DNA of 64,000 bases from Eledone cirrhosa (GCA_964016885.1 OZ024740.1:94240001-94304000), one strand, 5' to 3'; shown: positions 1 to 14,263, counted from the first letter of the stretch. Notes: generated by a model from the sequence alone, not told the origin. A program made the numbers and translations.

Positions 1-84
<84 letters not shown>

Positions 85-100
85 TATATACATATATATA
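1..100. repeat. (TA)n microsatellite
   Basis: Direct reading; one of many TA/CA/TAA/CATA tracts in the window. Confidence 0.95.
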
Positions 101-641
101 TGCCCTACATTACAGTAATTTAAACTGTAAATGATTGTGAGGTTGGTGGCGCAGCTTACTGACATGCGCAGTGTCAGGAGCAATGCATATATATATAAGT
201 AAAAATACCGACATAGAGAAAATTATGGTAAGTTTTGTTATTCTGAATCGCATTTGACGCTTTTTCGCAGAGGATTGGCTCAAAATTACACAGCATTTAT
301 GGACCGAATCATTCATCAATCAGCTGTTCAGACACGTGATTCAATAATATATATAGCGATATGAACATTTTAGAGGCATTGAACAGCAGAAGTCCTTCAG
401 AGAAAAAGAGATCCTCAAGATAGATAGATATATACATTTATATATAAATGTTTATAGTAAAACAGTCACGTTTGATGATATACATTATTTCATTTATTTA
501 ATTCTGGAAATTCTTACACATGGTATATGTGGCTTACAAATCCAATTTATTATTGTTCCACACTGATCAATTGTAGTCAACGTATCTCTTCTGGGAAAAT
601 CCAGAGAATCATCATGCCAAAAGCCGGTATCCACGCATATA

Positions 642-815
642 TACATACATACATACATACATGATGGCTGCCCCCTCGTTATTGAGTATGGCCATTGCAC
701 AAGAACAAAAATAAATAAAAAATAAAATAAAATAAAAATAAAATAAAATAACAAAATAAAATAATAATAATAATAACAATAAGAAATAAATAAAATAAAA
801 AAAAATAAAAAAAAG

Positions 816-859
<44 letters not shown>

Positions 860-931
860 ATACATACATATATACATACACACATACATACACATACACT
901 CACACATATATACACACATACATTAATAACA

Positions 932-976
<45 letters not shown>

Positions 977-1060
977 GCAATAATAATAATAACGACAACA
1001 ACAATAATAATATACATATTCATATATATACTCACACACACGCACGCACATAAGCATATC

Positions 1061-1099
<39 letters not shown>

Positions 1100-1102
1100 A
1101 CA

Positions 1103-1161
<59 letters not shown>

Positions 1162-4100
1162 TAGCAACTTACAGTGCTGCGATCGAATGTGGCTTTTTAG
1201 CCCAGCCAATGATCTAAAATGTCTTGCACAGAGTCGGCAACCAAAACATTCACTCGGAATAGACGGCTGTGGTTGGAGTTCGTGTACTTGTGCATGTCGG
1301 TTGAGCCCTCCTGCTGATTTACATTCTCTACCACATGTTTGGCAAGCATGATGAGTAGCATCTCCAACAGCAGCCTGGTAGTCAACCACTGGTCTTACTT
1401 TATGACTGCGAAGATGACTTTCGAGTCCAGCTTTGCTTAGGCAGAGTCTCGCACAGACGCTGCGTGTCAGAACCATAGGAGGACCCTCGCCGTCTGGAAG
1501 TGCAACAGCAATGCCCTTCATCACGTCCCGCTTTACTTTCTCGTGTGCGATTCGAGATGCCTCAAAGGCAATTTTTCCCTCATATACAATCTTTCTCCAT
1601 TTATTACGATCAGCAGCAATATTTTCCCATGTATCAGCAGAGATGTTAGCGTCTTTCAGAGAGGCTTTCAAGGAATCCTTATACCTCTTCTTTGGTTTAT
1701 GTGGCGGTCGTATTCCTTTAAACAACTCTCCATAGAAGAGTTGTTTTGGTATTCTAGAATCCTTCATCCTGGCAAGGTGACCACTCCAACGGAGTCGTTG
1801 CTTAAGCACAAGAGTTTCTATACTGTCACACATAGAGCTTTCCAAAATCTCGACACCACTGATGTGGTCCCTCCAGTGAACGCCATGGATCCGTCTGAGA
1901 CACATCTGATGGAAACGCTCCAATTGCTAAAGGTGGCGTCGATATGTGACCCAGGTCTCGCAGGCATGAAGAAGACAAGAGAGTACACATGCCCTGTACA
2001 CCTTTACCTTTGTCCTCCTGCATATGTCTCGCCGACCCCAGAGTCGCCTTTCTAGCTTTCCGAAAGCATCACTTGCTTTCCTAATCCTAAGTGAGATTTC
2101 ACTGTCAAGGTTGCCGTATCGATTGACAGTGCTTCCCAGGTGGACAAACTGATCAACCACTCCAAGTCGTTTGCCATACACATAGATGTTTGGTTCAGTG
2201 TACTGCTTACCAGGGGCAGGTTGGTACATGACGACGGTTTTCTTGAGACTGACAGTCAAACCCAGGGCAGTGCAAGCGTCAGAAAATAGATTCAAAATGT
2301 GCTGCATATCACTCTCTGTGTGCGCTACAAGATCGCAATCATCTGCATACAATAGGTCTCTTATGACTGATGTAAATACTTTTGTCTTCGCAGCAAAGCG
2401 CCTGATGTTAAATATGCTGCCTGAGGTTCGATATCGGATGTAAACACCATGCACGCAATTCCTGAATGCAATACAAAAAACCATTGCAAAGTATATGGCA
2501 AACAGGGTCGGTTCTGGAATATCCCCCTGTTTCATTCCATTTTTTACTGAGATAGGCTCCGACATGTTACCTCCGACATTAACCCAAGCCTTCATGTCGT
2601 CATAGAAAGACCTAACTAAAGCAAGGAACTTATCAGGGCAACCAAGTTTCTGGAGAACCTTCCATAATGCATCTCTGTTGACAGTATCGAAAGCCTTTGT
2701 CAGATCGACAAAAACCTGATACAGATCCAAGCCCTGTTCAATGCACTTCTCCTGGAGCTGTCTAGCTGAGAAGATCATGTCAGTAGTGCCGTCTCCAGCA
2801 CGAAAACCAGATTGACTTTCAGGAAGAACACAATCTGAAATGTGTGTCAGCAGACGGTCCAGAAGCACCCTACATAGATCATTCCCTACGAAAGAAATAA
2901 TGATATACCTCTGTAGTTCCCACAATCATTCCTGTTACCCTTTCACTTGTACAAGACCACCATTACTGCATCTCTCCAGTCCTCAGGCACGGATTCATTA
3001 GCCCATATCCCTCCAAACAGAGAGTGAAGATGTTGCAGGAGTCTCTCACCACCATATTGTAGGAGCTCAGCATGTATGCCATCCATACCTGGAGATGTTC
3101 CCCTGTTCAGCCTCGAAATAGCCACTGCAACCTCCACAAGGGTCGGAGGTTCTGCGAGAGCTACTTTCACAGGACTTTCCGGAATGAGATTGAGGAAATC
3201 TTCACTGACGACAGACGGCTGATTCAAAAGATCATCAAAGTGCTCTCGCCACCTTCGTAGAATTCCCTGTGAGTCACGAAGAAGTTATTTGCCATCCTTG
3301 CTGCGAATCGGTGTCACCAGAGAAGAAGACGGTCCATAAACCTCACGCAAGAGACTTTACAACAGCTTTATGTTATTGCAATCAGACGCAGTTTGTATCT
3401 CACCAGCCTTCTCACTCCACCACTGATCCTTCATCTGAGAAAGACTCCGCCTAACTCGTGATTTTACATCCCTGAGCTCCTCATGCAACGTATTCCTCTC
3501 TTGTCGTTTTGCCGTCAAGGAGCGTGACAGAGCACGCCTCTTATCAGCCAACAAGTCTTCTATATGTACATCATTCTCATTAAACCAGTCCTGATGTTTT
3601 CTCTGCCCAATCCCAGAACACGTCTGCCTAAATCATAAGCCGACTTTTTAAGTGTCGGCCAATCCTCACCAAGATCTGCAGCCTGCATCTCTTCTTCCAA
3701 TGTCCTCTTCACATTTTTATCCTTAAGACGAGCATCATTAAATCTTTTGGGCAGGGTAACACTAGGAGCCAGGATTTTACGTTTGGTGATTAGATTCACT
3801 TTTGCGCGTACCAGGCGGTGGTCCGTCCAGCACTCAGCTCCACGAAGAACACGAACACACTGCACATCCTGTCTGTCACGCATCCTGACTAGGACGTAGT
3901 CCAAAAGATGCCATTCCTTAGATGCAGGATGCATCCATATGGTCTTGAATTTGTTCTTTTGTTGGAACATGGTGTTGGTAACACACAGATCCAGCTCCTC
4001 ACACATATGCAGCAAGAGCATACCATTGCTGTTACACTTTCCCACCCCATGCCTTCCGATTACATTCCATGTGTTAAAATCCCTACCCACTCTAGCATTA

Positions 4101-5075
4101 AAGACACCAAGCACGATGACTTTGTCTGCCTGAGGGATATTTCTTAGAACACCTTTCAAGGCATGGTAAAAGGACAGTTATTCTTCATCGACAGAATTCA
4201 TAGTTGGATCATACACACTCACCAGGGTAGCATATCTTCCCTTGTCCAGGGGAACTCTCATGGACATAAGACGCTCACTAATCCCTACTGGGAATTCTTC
4301 TAATTTATTGACCAGTACAGTCTTAACAGCAAATCCTATCCCTGCCTCTCTTCTTGTTCCTTCATCTCTTCCTTTCCAGAAGAATGTATATTCTCACCAA
4401 AATTCCGTAAGATGACCATCTCCAGCTAACCTCGTCTCAGATAAAGCCACGTTGGCAAGATCGTAACGTCGAAGCTCCTTTGCAACAAGAGCGGTCCTTC
4501 GTTCAGGACGCTCCAAAGAATCCCTGTCAAGCAGCGTCCGTACGTTCCAGCAGCCAAGACTAAATGCCCTGTTTGGCTCTATTACAATGGCACGATGACG
4601 GGCGGGCCCAGGTTGTGATAACTTGGGGCCCCTGCCCTTATTGCCAATGATCTTTTTTGTTCCAGAACCCAATTTGGCAATCATCTCGTTTACATTGTTC
4701 TGGAACATCATTGAATTGGAATAAAAAAAGAAAAAAAGAAAAAAAAAGAAAAGAAGTAATAATAATAGTAATAATAATAATAATAATAATAGTACACTAC
4801 TAATAATTATTAATGCACTCGTGCAATGCCTGTGCGTGACGAATATTTTTAAAGTGAGGAAAGACTGTGCACTGAGACAAGCCACTCTCTGAGCGACAGT
4901 AGCTATAACCCGAAAAGAAGAAAATATCAACATCATCGGTAACTACTGAGCCGCAGGTTTTATATCGGAGTTAACCCAGTTTCCTGAGATGCCTTCTCCT
5001 AGAAGAATACCCGTACAAGGGCTAGGGGTTCTTCACTCCCAGTGGTTTAACTGCGCGATCGGGCATCCAGCCCGA
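642..5075 (-). mobile_element. RTE-clade non-LTR retrotransposon, near full length, degenerate (copy 1)
   Basis: Broken ORF pieces 4394-4936 (LGCWNVRTL, ALSETR: APE endonuclease), 3560-4159 (WHLLDYVLVR, TDHRLV), 2943-3227, 1927-2925 (QSGFR, FVDLTKAFD, LLYADD: RT), 679-1923 (RLRWSGH, C2H2 fingers); 3' end in a (GTAT)n tail near 642-661. Confidence 0.93.
1170..4680 (-). pseudogene. RTE APE endonuclease-RT-C2H2 zinc finger polyprotein, disrupted by stops and frameshifts
   Basis: Collinear domain motifs split across several frames. Confidence 0.9.
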
Positions 5076-5547
5076 TTATTTCTATGTCCCCGCGCAAAAA
5101 AAAAATCACTTATTGACACTATACGTACGACATACACACACACGCATACATATGCGCGCATACAGCAACACTCATACATACAACAAACACACACACACGC
5201 TACTCTACTCACTTACACGCACACACACACATATATATATATATATATTACCGTCATTACTGATACAAGATTACAAGATTATGTCAACTGTTGACTTTCA
5301 AGAGTGTGTATAGTTGAAGCCGATCGTTTTACAGTCCAGTATTACTATAATTGTTTACAGCATAGAGTTATGGCTCTCCACGAAGTCAACAAAAGAGAGT
5401 ACCAGTGATGCGCTGTCAGTCGCTGGATCCGTGCCAAAAGCAGGAAAACATATTATTAAAGTTGTTCTTAAGGCCAGGTCGCTGGTGATGGTGATGGCGG
5501 CGGCGGTGGCGGTGGTGGTGGTGGTGGCAGTTGATGTTGTTGTTGTG

Positions 5548-5580
<33 letters not shown>

Positions 5581-6089
5581 GTTATTTTGAGTTTTTTTTT
5601 TGATTCCTTTCTTTTTTTTTTCCCTTCCCCTTTTCTTTTTTCTTTTCCCTTCCTTTTTTTATGTGTTGATGCCGCTGTTGTTGTTGTTGTTGTTGTAATT
5701 GTTGTAAATGTTCATTTCAGTTCATTCTGAAGCTGTTGTTGCTGTAAACATTAGTGCCGGTGTTGTTGTTGTTGTAGATGTTGGGGTTGAAATCCGGTTG
5801 TTTGACTGAGTGATGTATATACACACATATACATACACACATATATATATATATACATTCAACAGAGAGTAGAGAGTTTGACAACAGGTCGATGACTTTA
5901 GTCTCGATAGGGTATGGTATGGTAATGATATGTGATGGTGGGGAGAGAGTGTAGACGTTATTGTGGTGGTGGGGACAGTGAGATGTAACTAGTTCATTTG
6001 ACCGTTTTCTTCTCTTAGCAAAATTTGAATTCTAGCCATGTTATATTGAGATGTAAGTAAATGTAAAATATAAATAAGGATTGCTCAAA

Positions 6090-6360
6090 CATACATACAT
6101 ACATGGTGGCTGCCAACTCGTTTTCGAGTACGGCCACTACTTTATATCCATGTAGGAGAACCCCTACCGATGCGCTGAACGAATGTGACTTTTTAGTCCA
6201 GCCAGCGACTTGAAAACTCTGGCACAAAGACTACACTTGTGACAATTATTGACACATAGTGTTTTACCTTTGGTACCATGTGATGACAAGTGCAGAGAGA
6301 TCTCCAGATATAAAGCAATGCCTGTGCTGTGAAGCTTTTATAGTGAGCAAAGGCACTGCA
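6090..6360 (-). mobile_element. 5'-truncated 3' end of a related RTE subfamily
   Basis: Minus strand reads CSLCARVFKSLAGLKSHIRSAHR* then GGCCGTACTCGAAAACGAGTTGGCAGCCACCAT(GTAT)n, homologous to the 3' termini of the two long copies. Confidence 0.8.
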
Positions 6361-6524
6361 TACATACATACATACATACATACATACATACATACATACA
6401 TACATACATACATACATACATACACCCATACATACATGCATACATACATGATGGCTACCCCTTCGTTATCGAGTATGGCCATTGCAAAAAAAAATTAATA
6501 AATAAATAAAAAAGAAAAAAAAAG

Positions 6525-6579
<55 letters not shown>

Positions 6580-9500
6580 CACATATACACATACATATAC
6601 ACACACACATACATATACACACACATATACATTAATAATAATAATAATGATAATAACAACAATAATAATATACATATACCTATATATATACACATATACG
6701 CACACACATAAACATATATATACACACACACACACACGATAGCAACTAACAGCGCTGCGATCGAATGTGGCTTTTTAGCCCAGCCAATGATCTAAAATGT
6801 TTTGCACAGAGTCGGCAACCAACGCATTCACTGGGAATAGTCAGCTGTGTTTGGAGTTCGTGTACTTTTGCATGTCGCTTGAGCCCTCCTGCTGATAATA
6901 TTCTCTACCACATGTTTGGCAAGCATGATGAGTAGCATCTCCAACAGCAGCCTGGTAGTCAACCACTGGTCTTACTTTATGACTGCGAAGATGACTTTCG
7001 AGTCCAGCTTTGCTTAGGCAGAGTCTCGCACAGACGCTGCATGTCAGCACCATATGAGGACCATCGCCGTCTGGAAGTGCAACAGCAATGCCCTTCCTCA
7101 CATCCCGCTTTACTTTCTCGTATGCGATTCGAGATGCCTCAAAGGCAACCTTTCCCTCATATACAGTTTTCTCCATTTATTACGATCAGCAGCAATATCC
7201 TCCCATGTATCAGCAGATATGTTAGCGTCTTTCAGAGAGGCTTTCGAGGAATCCTTATACCTCTATTTTGGTTTATGTGGCGGTCGTTTTCCTTTAACCA
7301 ACTCTCCATAAAAGAGTTGTTTTGGTATTCTAGAATCCTTCATCCTGGCAAGGTGACCACTCCAACGGAGTCGTTGCTTAAGCACAAGAGCTTCTATACT
7401 GTCACACATAGAGCTTTCCAAAACCTCGACATCACTGATGTGGTCCCTCCAGTGGACGCCATGGATCCGTCTGAGACACATCTGATGGAGACCCTCCAAT
7501 TGCTTAAGGTGGTGTCGATATGTGACCCAGGTCTCGCAGGCATAAATAAGACAAGAGAGCACACATGCCCTGTACACCTTTACCTTTGTCCTCCTGCATA
7601 TGTCTCGCCGACCCCAGAGTCGCCTTTCTAGCTTTCCGAAATCATCACTTGCTTTCCTAATCCTTAGTGAGATTTCACTGACAAGGTTGCTGTATCGATT
7701 GACAGTGCTTCCCAGATAGACGAAGTGATCAACCACTCCAAATCGTTTACCATACACATAGATGTTTGGTACAGTGTACTGCTTACATGGGGCAGGTTGG
7801 TACATGACGACGGTTTTCTTGAGACTGACAGTCAATCCTACGGCAGTGCAAGCGTCAGAAAATGCATACAAAATGTGCTGCATATCACTCTCTGTGTGCG
7901 CTACAAGATCGCAATCCTCTGCATACAAGAGGTCTCTTATGATTGATGTAAATACTTTTGTCTTTGCAGCAAAGCGCCTGATGTTAAATATGCTGCCTGA
8001 GGTTCGATATCGGATGTAAACACCATGCTCGCAATTCCTGAATGCAATAGAGAAAACCATTGCAAAGTATATGGCAAACAGGGTCGGTTCTGGAATATCC
8101 CCCTGTTTCATTCCATTTTTTACTGAGATAGGCTCCAACATGTTACATCTGACATTAACCCAAGCCTTCATGTCATCGTGGAAAGACCTAACTAAAGCAA
8201 GAAACTTATCAGGGCAACCAAGTTTCTGGAGAACCTTCGATAATGCATCTCTGTTAACATTATCGAAAGCTTTTGTCAGATCGACAAAAACCTGATACAG
8301 ATCCAAGCCTTGTTCCATGCAGTTGTCCTGGAGCTGTCTAGCTGAGAAGATCATATCAGTAGTGCCGCGTCCAGCACGAAAACCAGATTGACTTTCAGGA
8401 AGAACACAATCTGCAATGTGTGCCAGAAGACGGTCCAGAAGCCCCCTACATAAAACATTCCCTACGACAGAAAGCAATGATATACCTCTGTAGTTCCCAC
8501 AATTATTCCTGTTACCCTTTCCCTTGTACAATACCACCATTACTGCATCTCTCCAGTACTCAGGTACGGATTCATTAGCCCATATGCTGCCAAACAAAGA
8601 GTGAAGATGCTGCAGGAGTCTCTCACCACCATATTGTAGGAGCTCAGCATGTATGACATCCATACCTGGAGATCTTCCACTGTTAAGCTTCGAAATAGCC
8701 ACTGCAACTTCGACATGCGTCGGAGGTTCTGCGAGAGCTTCTTTCACAGGACTTTCTGGAATGAGATTGAGGAAATCTTCACTGACGATAGACAGCTGAT
8801 TCAAAAGATCAGCAAAGTGCTCTCGCCACCTTCGTAGAATTCCTTGTGAGTCACGAGGAAGTTATTTGCCATTCTTGCTGCGAAGCAGTGTCACCAGAGA
8901 AGAAGACGGTCCATAAACCTCACGCATGAGACTGTACAACAGCTTTGTGTTATTGGAATCTGACGCAGTTTGTATCTCACCAGCCTTCTCACTCCACCAC
9001 TGATCCTTCATCTGAGAAAGACTCCGCCTAACACTTGATTTTACATCCTTGAGTTCCTCATGCAACGCATTCCTCTCCTGTGGTTTTGCCGTCAAGTAGC
9101 GTGACAGAGCACGCCTCTTATCAGCCAACAAGTCTTCTATATGTACCTCATTCTCATTAAACTAGTCCTGATGTTTTCTCTGCACCAATCCCAGAACACG
9201 CCTGCCTACATCATAAACCGACTTTTTAAGGGTCGGCCAATCCTCACCAAGATCTGCAGCCTGCATCTCTTCTTCCAATGTTCTCTTCACATTTTTATCC
9301 TTAAGACGAGCAGCATTCAATATTTTGGACAGGGCAACACCAGGAGCCCGGATTTTATGTTTAGTGATTAGTTTCACTTTTGCGCGTACCATGCGGTGGT
9401 CCTTCCAGCACTCAGCTCCACGAAGAGCACGAACACACTGCACATCATGTCTGTCACGCATCCTGACTAGGACGTAGTCCAAAAGATGCCATTCCTTAGA

Positions 9501-10630
9501 TGCAGTATACATCCATGTGGTCTTGAATTTGTTCTTTTGTTGGAACATGGTGTTGGTAACACACAGATCCAGCTCCTCACACATATGCAGCAGGAGCATA
9601 GCATTGTTGTTACACTTTCCCACCCCATGTCTTCCGATTACATTCCATGAGTTAAAATCCCTACCCACTCTAGCATTAACGTCACCAAGCACGATGACTT
9701 TGTCTGCCTGAGAGATATTTCTTAAAACACCTTTCAAGGCATGGTAAAAGGACATTTTTTTCTTCATCGACAGAATTCATAGTTGGAGCATCCACACTCA
9801 CCAGTGTCGCATATCTTCCTTTGTCCAGCGGAATTCTCATTGACATAAGACCTTCAATAATCCCTACTGGGAATTCTTCTAATTTATTCACAAGTACAGT
9901 CTTAACAGCAAATCCTACCCCAGTCTCTCTTCTGGTTCCTTCATCTCTTCCTTTCCAGAAGAATGTATATTCTCATCAAAATTCCGTAAGATGACCATCT
10001 CCAGCTAACCTCGTCTCAGATAAAGCCACGATGTCAAGATCGTAACGTCGAAGCTCCTTTGCAACAAGAGCGGTCCTTCGTTCAGGACGCTCCAAGGACT
10101 CACTGTCAAGCAGCGTCTGTACGTTCCAGCAGCCAAGACTAAATGCATTGTTTGGCTCTATTACAATGGCACGATGACGAGCGGACCCAGGCTGTGATAA
10201 CCTGGGGCCCCTGCCCTTATTGCCAATTATCTTTTTTGTTCCAGAACTTAAATTGCCAATTATCTCTTTCATATTGTTCTGGAACATCATTGAATTGGAA
10301 AAAAAAAAAAAATAATAATAGTAGCAATAATAATAATGATAATTGTACACTATTAATAATTATTAATGCACTCGTGCAATGCCTGAGCGTGACGAATATT
10401 TTTAAAGTGAGGAAAGACTGTGCACTGAGCCAATCCCACTCTCAGAGCGACAGTAGCTATAACGCGAAAAGAAGAAAAGATCAACATCATCGGTAACTAC
10501 TGAGCCGCATGTTTTATGTCGGAGTTAACCCAGTTTCCTGAGATGCCCTCTCCTAGAAGAAAGCCCTGACAAGTGCTAGGGGTTCTTCACTGCCATTGGT
10601 TTAACTGCGGATTGGGCATCCAGCCCGAAC
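6361..10630 (-). mobile_element. RTE-clade non-LTR retrotransposon, near full length, degenerate (copy 2)
   Basis: ORF pieces 9976-10350, 9162-9767, 8862-9131, 7263-8804 (RT; YAEDC in place of YADD), 6841-7176 (C2H2); collinear with copy 1. Confidence 0.93.
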
Positions 10631-10793
10631 ATTAGTATGACCCCGCGCGCGCGCAAAAAAAAAAATCACTTATTGACAATTATACGTACGACACACACAC
10701 ACGCGGATACATATGCGCGCACACACACGCATACATACGCGCGCACACAGCAACACTCATACATACAAACAAACACACACACGCTACTCATTT

Positions 10794-10829
<36 letters not shown>

Positions 10830-10944
10830 TACCGTCATTACTGATACAAGATTACAAGATTATGTCAACTGTTGACATTCAAGAGTTTGTATAGTTGAAG
10901 CCGTTCGTATTACAGCACAGTATTATTATAATTGCTTTACGGCA

Positions 10945-11095
10945 TAGAGTTATGGCTCTGCACGCTCTGAGCTTAAATCCCGCCGAGGTCAACCTTGCCT
11001 TTCATCCCCACGGAGTCAACAAAAGAGAGTACCAGTGATGCGCTGGATCAGTCGCTGGATCCGTGCCAAAGCAGAAAAATTATTATTAAAGTTGT
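10945..11095 (+). mobile_element. SINE fragment (cephalopod OK/OR-like)
   Basis: TCTGAGCTTAAATCCCGCCGAGGTCAACCTTGCCTTTCATCCCCACGGAGTCAACAAAAGAGAGTACCAGT resembles the common Octopus SINE as recalled, with a B-box-like GAGTTCAAATCC; internally deleted paralog at about 5365-5460. Confidence 0.65.
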
Positions 11096-11544
11096 TTTCT
11101 TAAGGCCCGGTCGCTGGTGATGGTGATGACGGCGGTGGTGGCGGTGGTGGTGGCAGTTGATGTTGTTGTTGTGTTGTGTGCGTGTGTGTGTTTCGTTATT
11201 TTAAGTTTTTTTGTTTGTTTGTGTTTTTTTTTTGTATTTGTTTACCTACATACATACATACATACATACGGACAATATCAATTTCAAGTTATATAAAGAA
11301 TAAACATAAATTTAAAAAAAAAACATTTGTGCACAGACAAAGTGTAATTAAAAAAGAAAATTACCTCTGTGTGTGCAAATGTCCGGACCAAGACCACCCT
11401 CCCCCAAAAAGCACTGCATCATACTATTTTTTTTTGTAAACTTATGACAAGAATAAACAAACATAAACAGAGACATTAGAGAAAAATTTACAGTGTAATG
11501 GACAGGTGCACAGACGCTCAATACTAATCTGGTGCGGTGGAATT

Positions 11545-13690
11545 GGGTGGGCAGCAAAGGGCAGATGGGAGATATAGATATGGTTATAGAGAGTCAGATG
11601 GGAGGAATATATACGACTATAGAGAGGAGGAGAATTCGGTAGTAATTGATATACGGAGGAAGGTTGGGAGAGTGTGTTGTAAATTATATAGATGGGGAGA
11701 ATCTTTGATGTTTATTGATATTTAGAGAGGTATTTAAAGAGAGTTCCGTGCAGTGGATGTACCGATGGGGAGAGTTTGGCGTTAATTGATATAAAGTGAG
11801 GGATTGGAAGAGAGTCCCGTATAGTAGATATTGAGAGGAGGAGAGTTTGTTCTTAATTGATATAGATGCGGGGGGGGGTATGCATATGGTTGATGTAGAT
11901 AGGGGGGGGGGGGGGCAGTGAATAGAGTGGGATGTCTGTTAGAGATAGGTATTGATAAATATAGATGGGTGGAGAAATTGGTAGTGATGGATGGAGTGAG
12001 AAAGAATGAGAGTGTGTTGTATGACTGATATAGAGAGGGGTGTTGTTTGGTGCTAATTAATATAGAGAGAGGTATTGGAAGGGAATACCGTGTAGTAGAT
12101 ATAGAGAGGAGGATAATTTGGTACTAATTTGTATAGAGAGGGGGAATGGAAGAGTAATATATATGGTTGATATAGAGAGGGAGATAGTTCGGTGGTAAAG
12201 AATAGAGTGTAAGGATTGATAGAGAAAGGTATTGCTAGATATAGTGAGAGGATGAATTTGGTAGTGATAGATAGAGAGGGAGAGAATGAGAGGGTGAGTT
12301 ATATCGTAGATATAGAGGGAGGAATAGTTTGGTGATAATCGATATAGAGAAAGAGAAGAGGGAGAATGTTGTATGGTAGATATAGTAGAGTGGAGAGTTT
12401 GGTGATAATTGCTATAGAGAGGGATAGTATTAGATAGTGTTGTATGGCAGATATGGAGAGGGGAAGGGTTTGGTAGTGATAGATAGAATGAGATGAAATG
12501 AGAGAGATTGTTATAGTGCAGATATAGAGTGGGGTAGAGTTTCTTAGTGATTGATATAGTGAGAAGGGTAGAGAGAATGTTGTATGGTAAACATAAAGGG
12601 GGGGGGGTAGTTTGGATAGAGAAATGGACTGGAAGAGATTTTCGTGTAGTAGATATATAGAGCTGGAGAGTTTGGTGACATTTGATAGAGAGAAGGGCGT
12701 TTGAAGAGATTTCCATGTGGTAGATATATAAAGTTGGAATGTTTGGTGTTAATTGATTTAGAGAGGAGGATGGGTCTGTATACTGTATGGTGAGAGTGAG
12801 AGAATTGATAGAGATATGTATGAAATGATATAGAAAGGGGGAGCGTTTAGTATTGACAAACAGAGTGAGAGGGAATGAGAAATAATTTTGTATGATAGAT
12901 TTACAGAGGATGATAGTTTAGTGGTGATTGATATAGTGAGGTGGTTTGGGAGAGTGTGTTTTTATTTTAGATATAAAGAAAGGTTGAGATTGGTGTTTCT
13001 TGATATGGATAGGGGTATTGGAATATAGTTCCGTGAAATTGATATATAGAGGGGAGAATTTGATAGTAATTAATATAGAGCGTGAGAATGAAAGAGACAA
13101 AGGTGTAGTAGATATAGAGGAGAGAGTTTGGTGTAAATTCATATATAGAGGGACGTGAATAGAGTTCCGTGTAGTAGATATAGAAAGGGTTAGATGTTGG
13201 TGTTAATTTATATAGAGAGGGTTATTGGAAGAAATGTCCTTGTAGTAGATATAGGTAGGATAGTGTATTGTTTTAATTGTTATAGAGAGGGGAATTATAA
13301 AAAGGTTATGAGTATTGTTATATAGAGGGGAGAGTTTGGTGTTAAATGATATAGAGAGTGAGATTGGAAGAGAGTACCGTATAGTAGGCATAGAGAGGTG
13401 GATAATTTAGTGGTTGTAGATATACAGAGAGGGATAATGGGAGTGTACCATGTAGTAGATATAAAGAGTCTGAGAGTTCAGGGGTGATTGACATAGAGAG
13501 GAGAATTTTGAGAGATAAGTGTAGATATTTATTGAGAGTAATAGTGTGTATTTGTCTTAGAGAGAGGAGGATTATAGAGTTGGTGTCGTAGTAGATTTAG
13601 AAAACCGTTCGTTTTGGTTTTAGGAGATAAAGAGAGGCGGATTAAGATAGTTTTGTGTGATATATATGGAGATGAGAAGGGTTTGGTAGA
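11545..13690. repeat. Degenerate purine-rich minisatellite (about 60-65 bp unit made of two GATATAGAGAG subunits)
   Basis: Recurrent GATATAGAGAGGGGAGAGTTTGGTG.TAATTGATATAGAGAG..GGATTGGAAGAGAGTTCCGTGTAGTA. Confidence 0.8.
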
Positions 13691-14263
13691 GCACTTGAAT
13701 TCGGAATAATAGGAGGGGAGACAATCATTTGGAGGGGCTTAGGAAATCATTTTTTGCAACGTGTAGTTTCTTAAATATGGGATTTCTTGAAATCTATTTT
13801 TTTGTCATATATAATGATTTTTTTATGTAAAATAACATTATTATTTGATTCTCCAGCTGCTGTATCAATATAAATTGTTTACAAAAAATATTCGCCGGGG
13901 ATAGAATAGCAAAATTAATAAGCGGGTGGAGAGTGTGAGTGGAAGAAAAAACGGAGGGGGAGAATATGATACATTATTTAGCAGGGAGACAAAAATTCAA
14001 GACCTAAGAGAACACGAATTATTGACAGACCAGAGAATACAAATTTAAATCCGAAGTAGAGTTTAACTATTCATTTACTATGGACAAACCTCGTTTCTCT
14101 GAAGTCTCATCTGCGTACTTACCAGACAAGAGTTGTGATCCTGTGAGGGTGCAGCTGAATTTTTAGAGTAACACGAATAGCCAAATAAATGAATGTATTC
14201 TCAGAGACACACATAGACAGACATACAGACAGACATACATACACACACACACACACACGCGCG

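Noticed and set aside
494-1159. ORFs rich in YI/CV/HT repeats here and at 30794-31338, 33163-33931, 35428-36412, 46742-47108 and 59621-59900
   Set aside because: Translations of dinucleotide microsatellites, not genes
4950-5090. HDV-like ribozyme at the RTE 5' end
   Set aside because: Expected for some RTE elements, but I could not build the nested double pseudoknot in either copy
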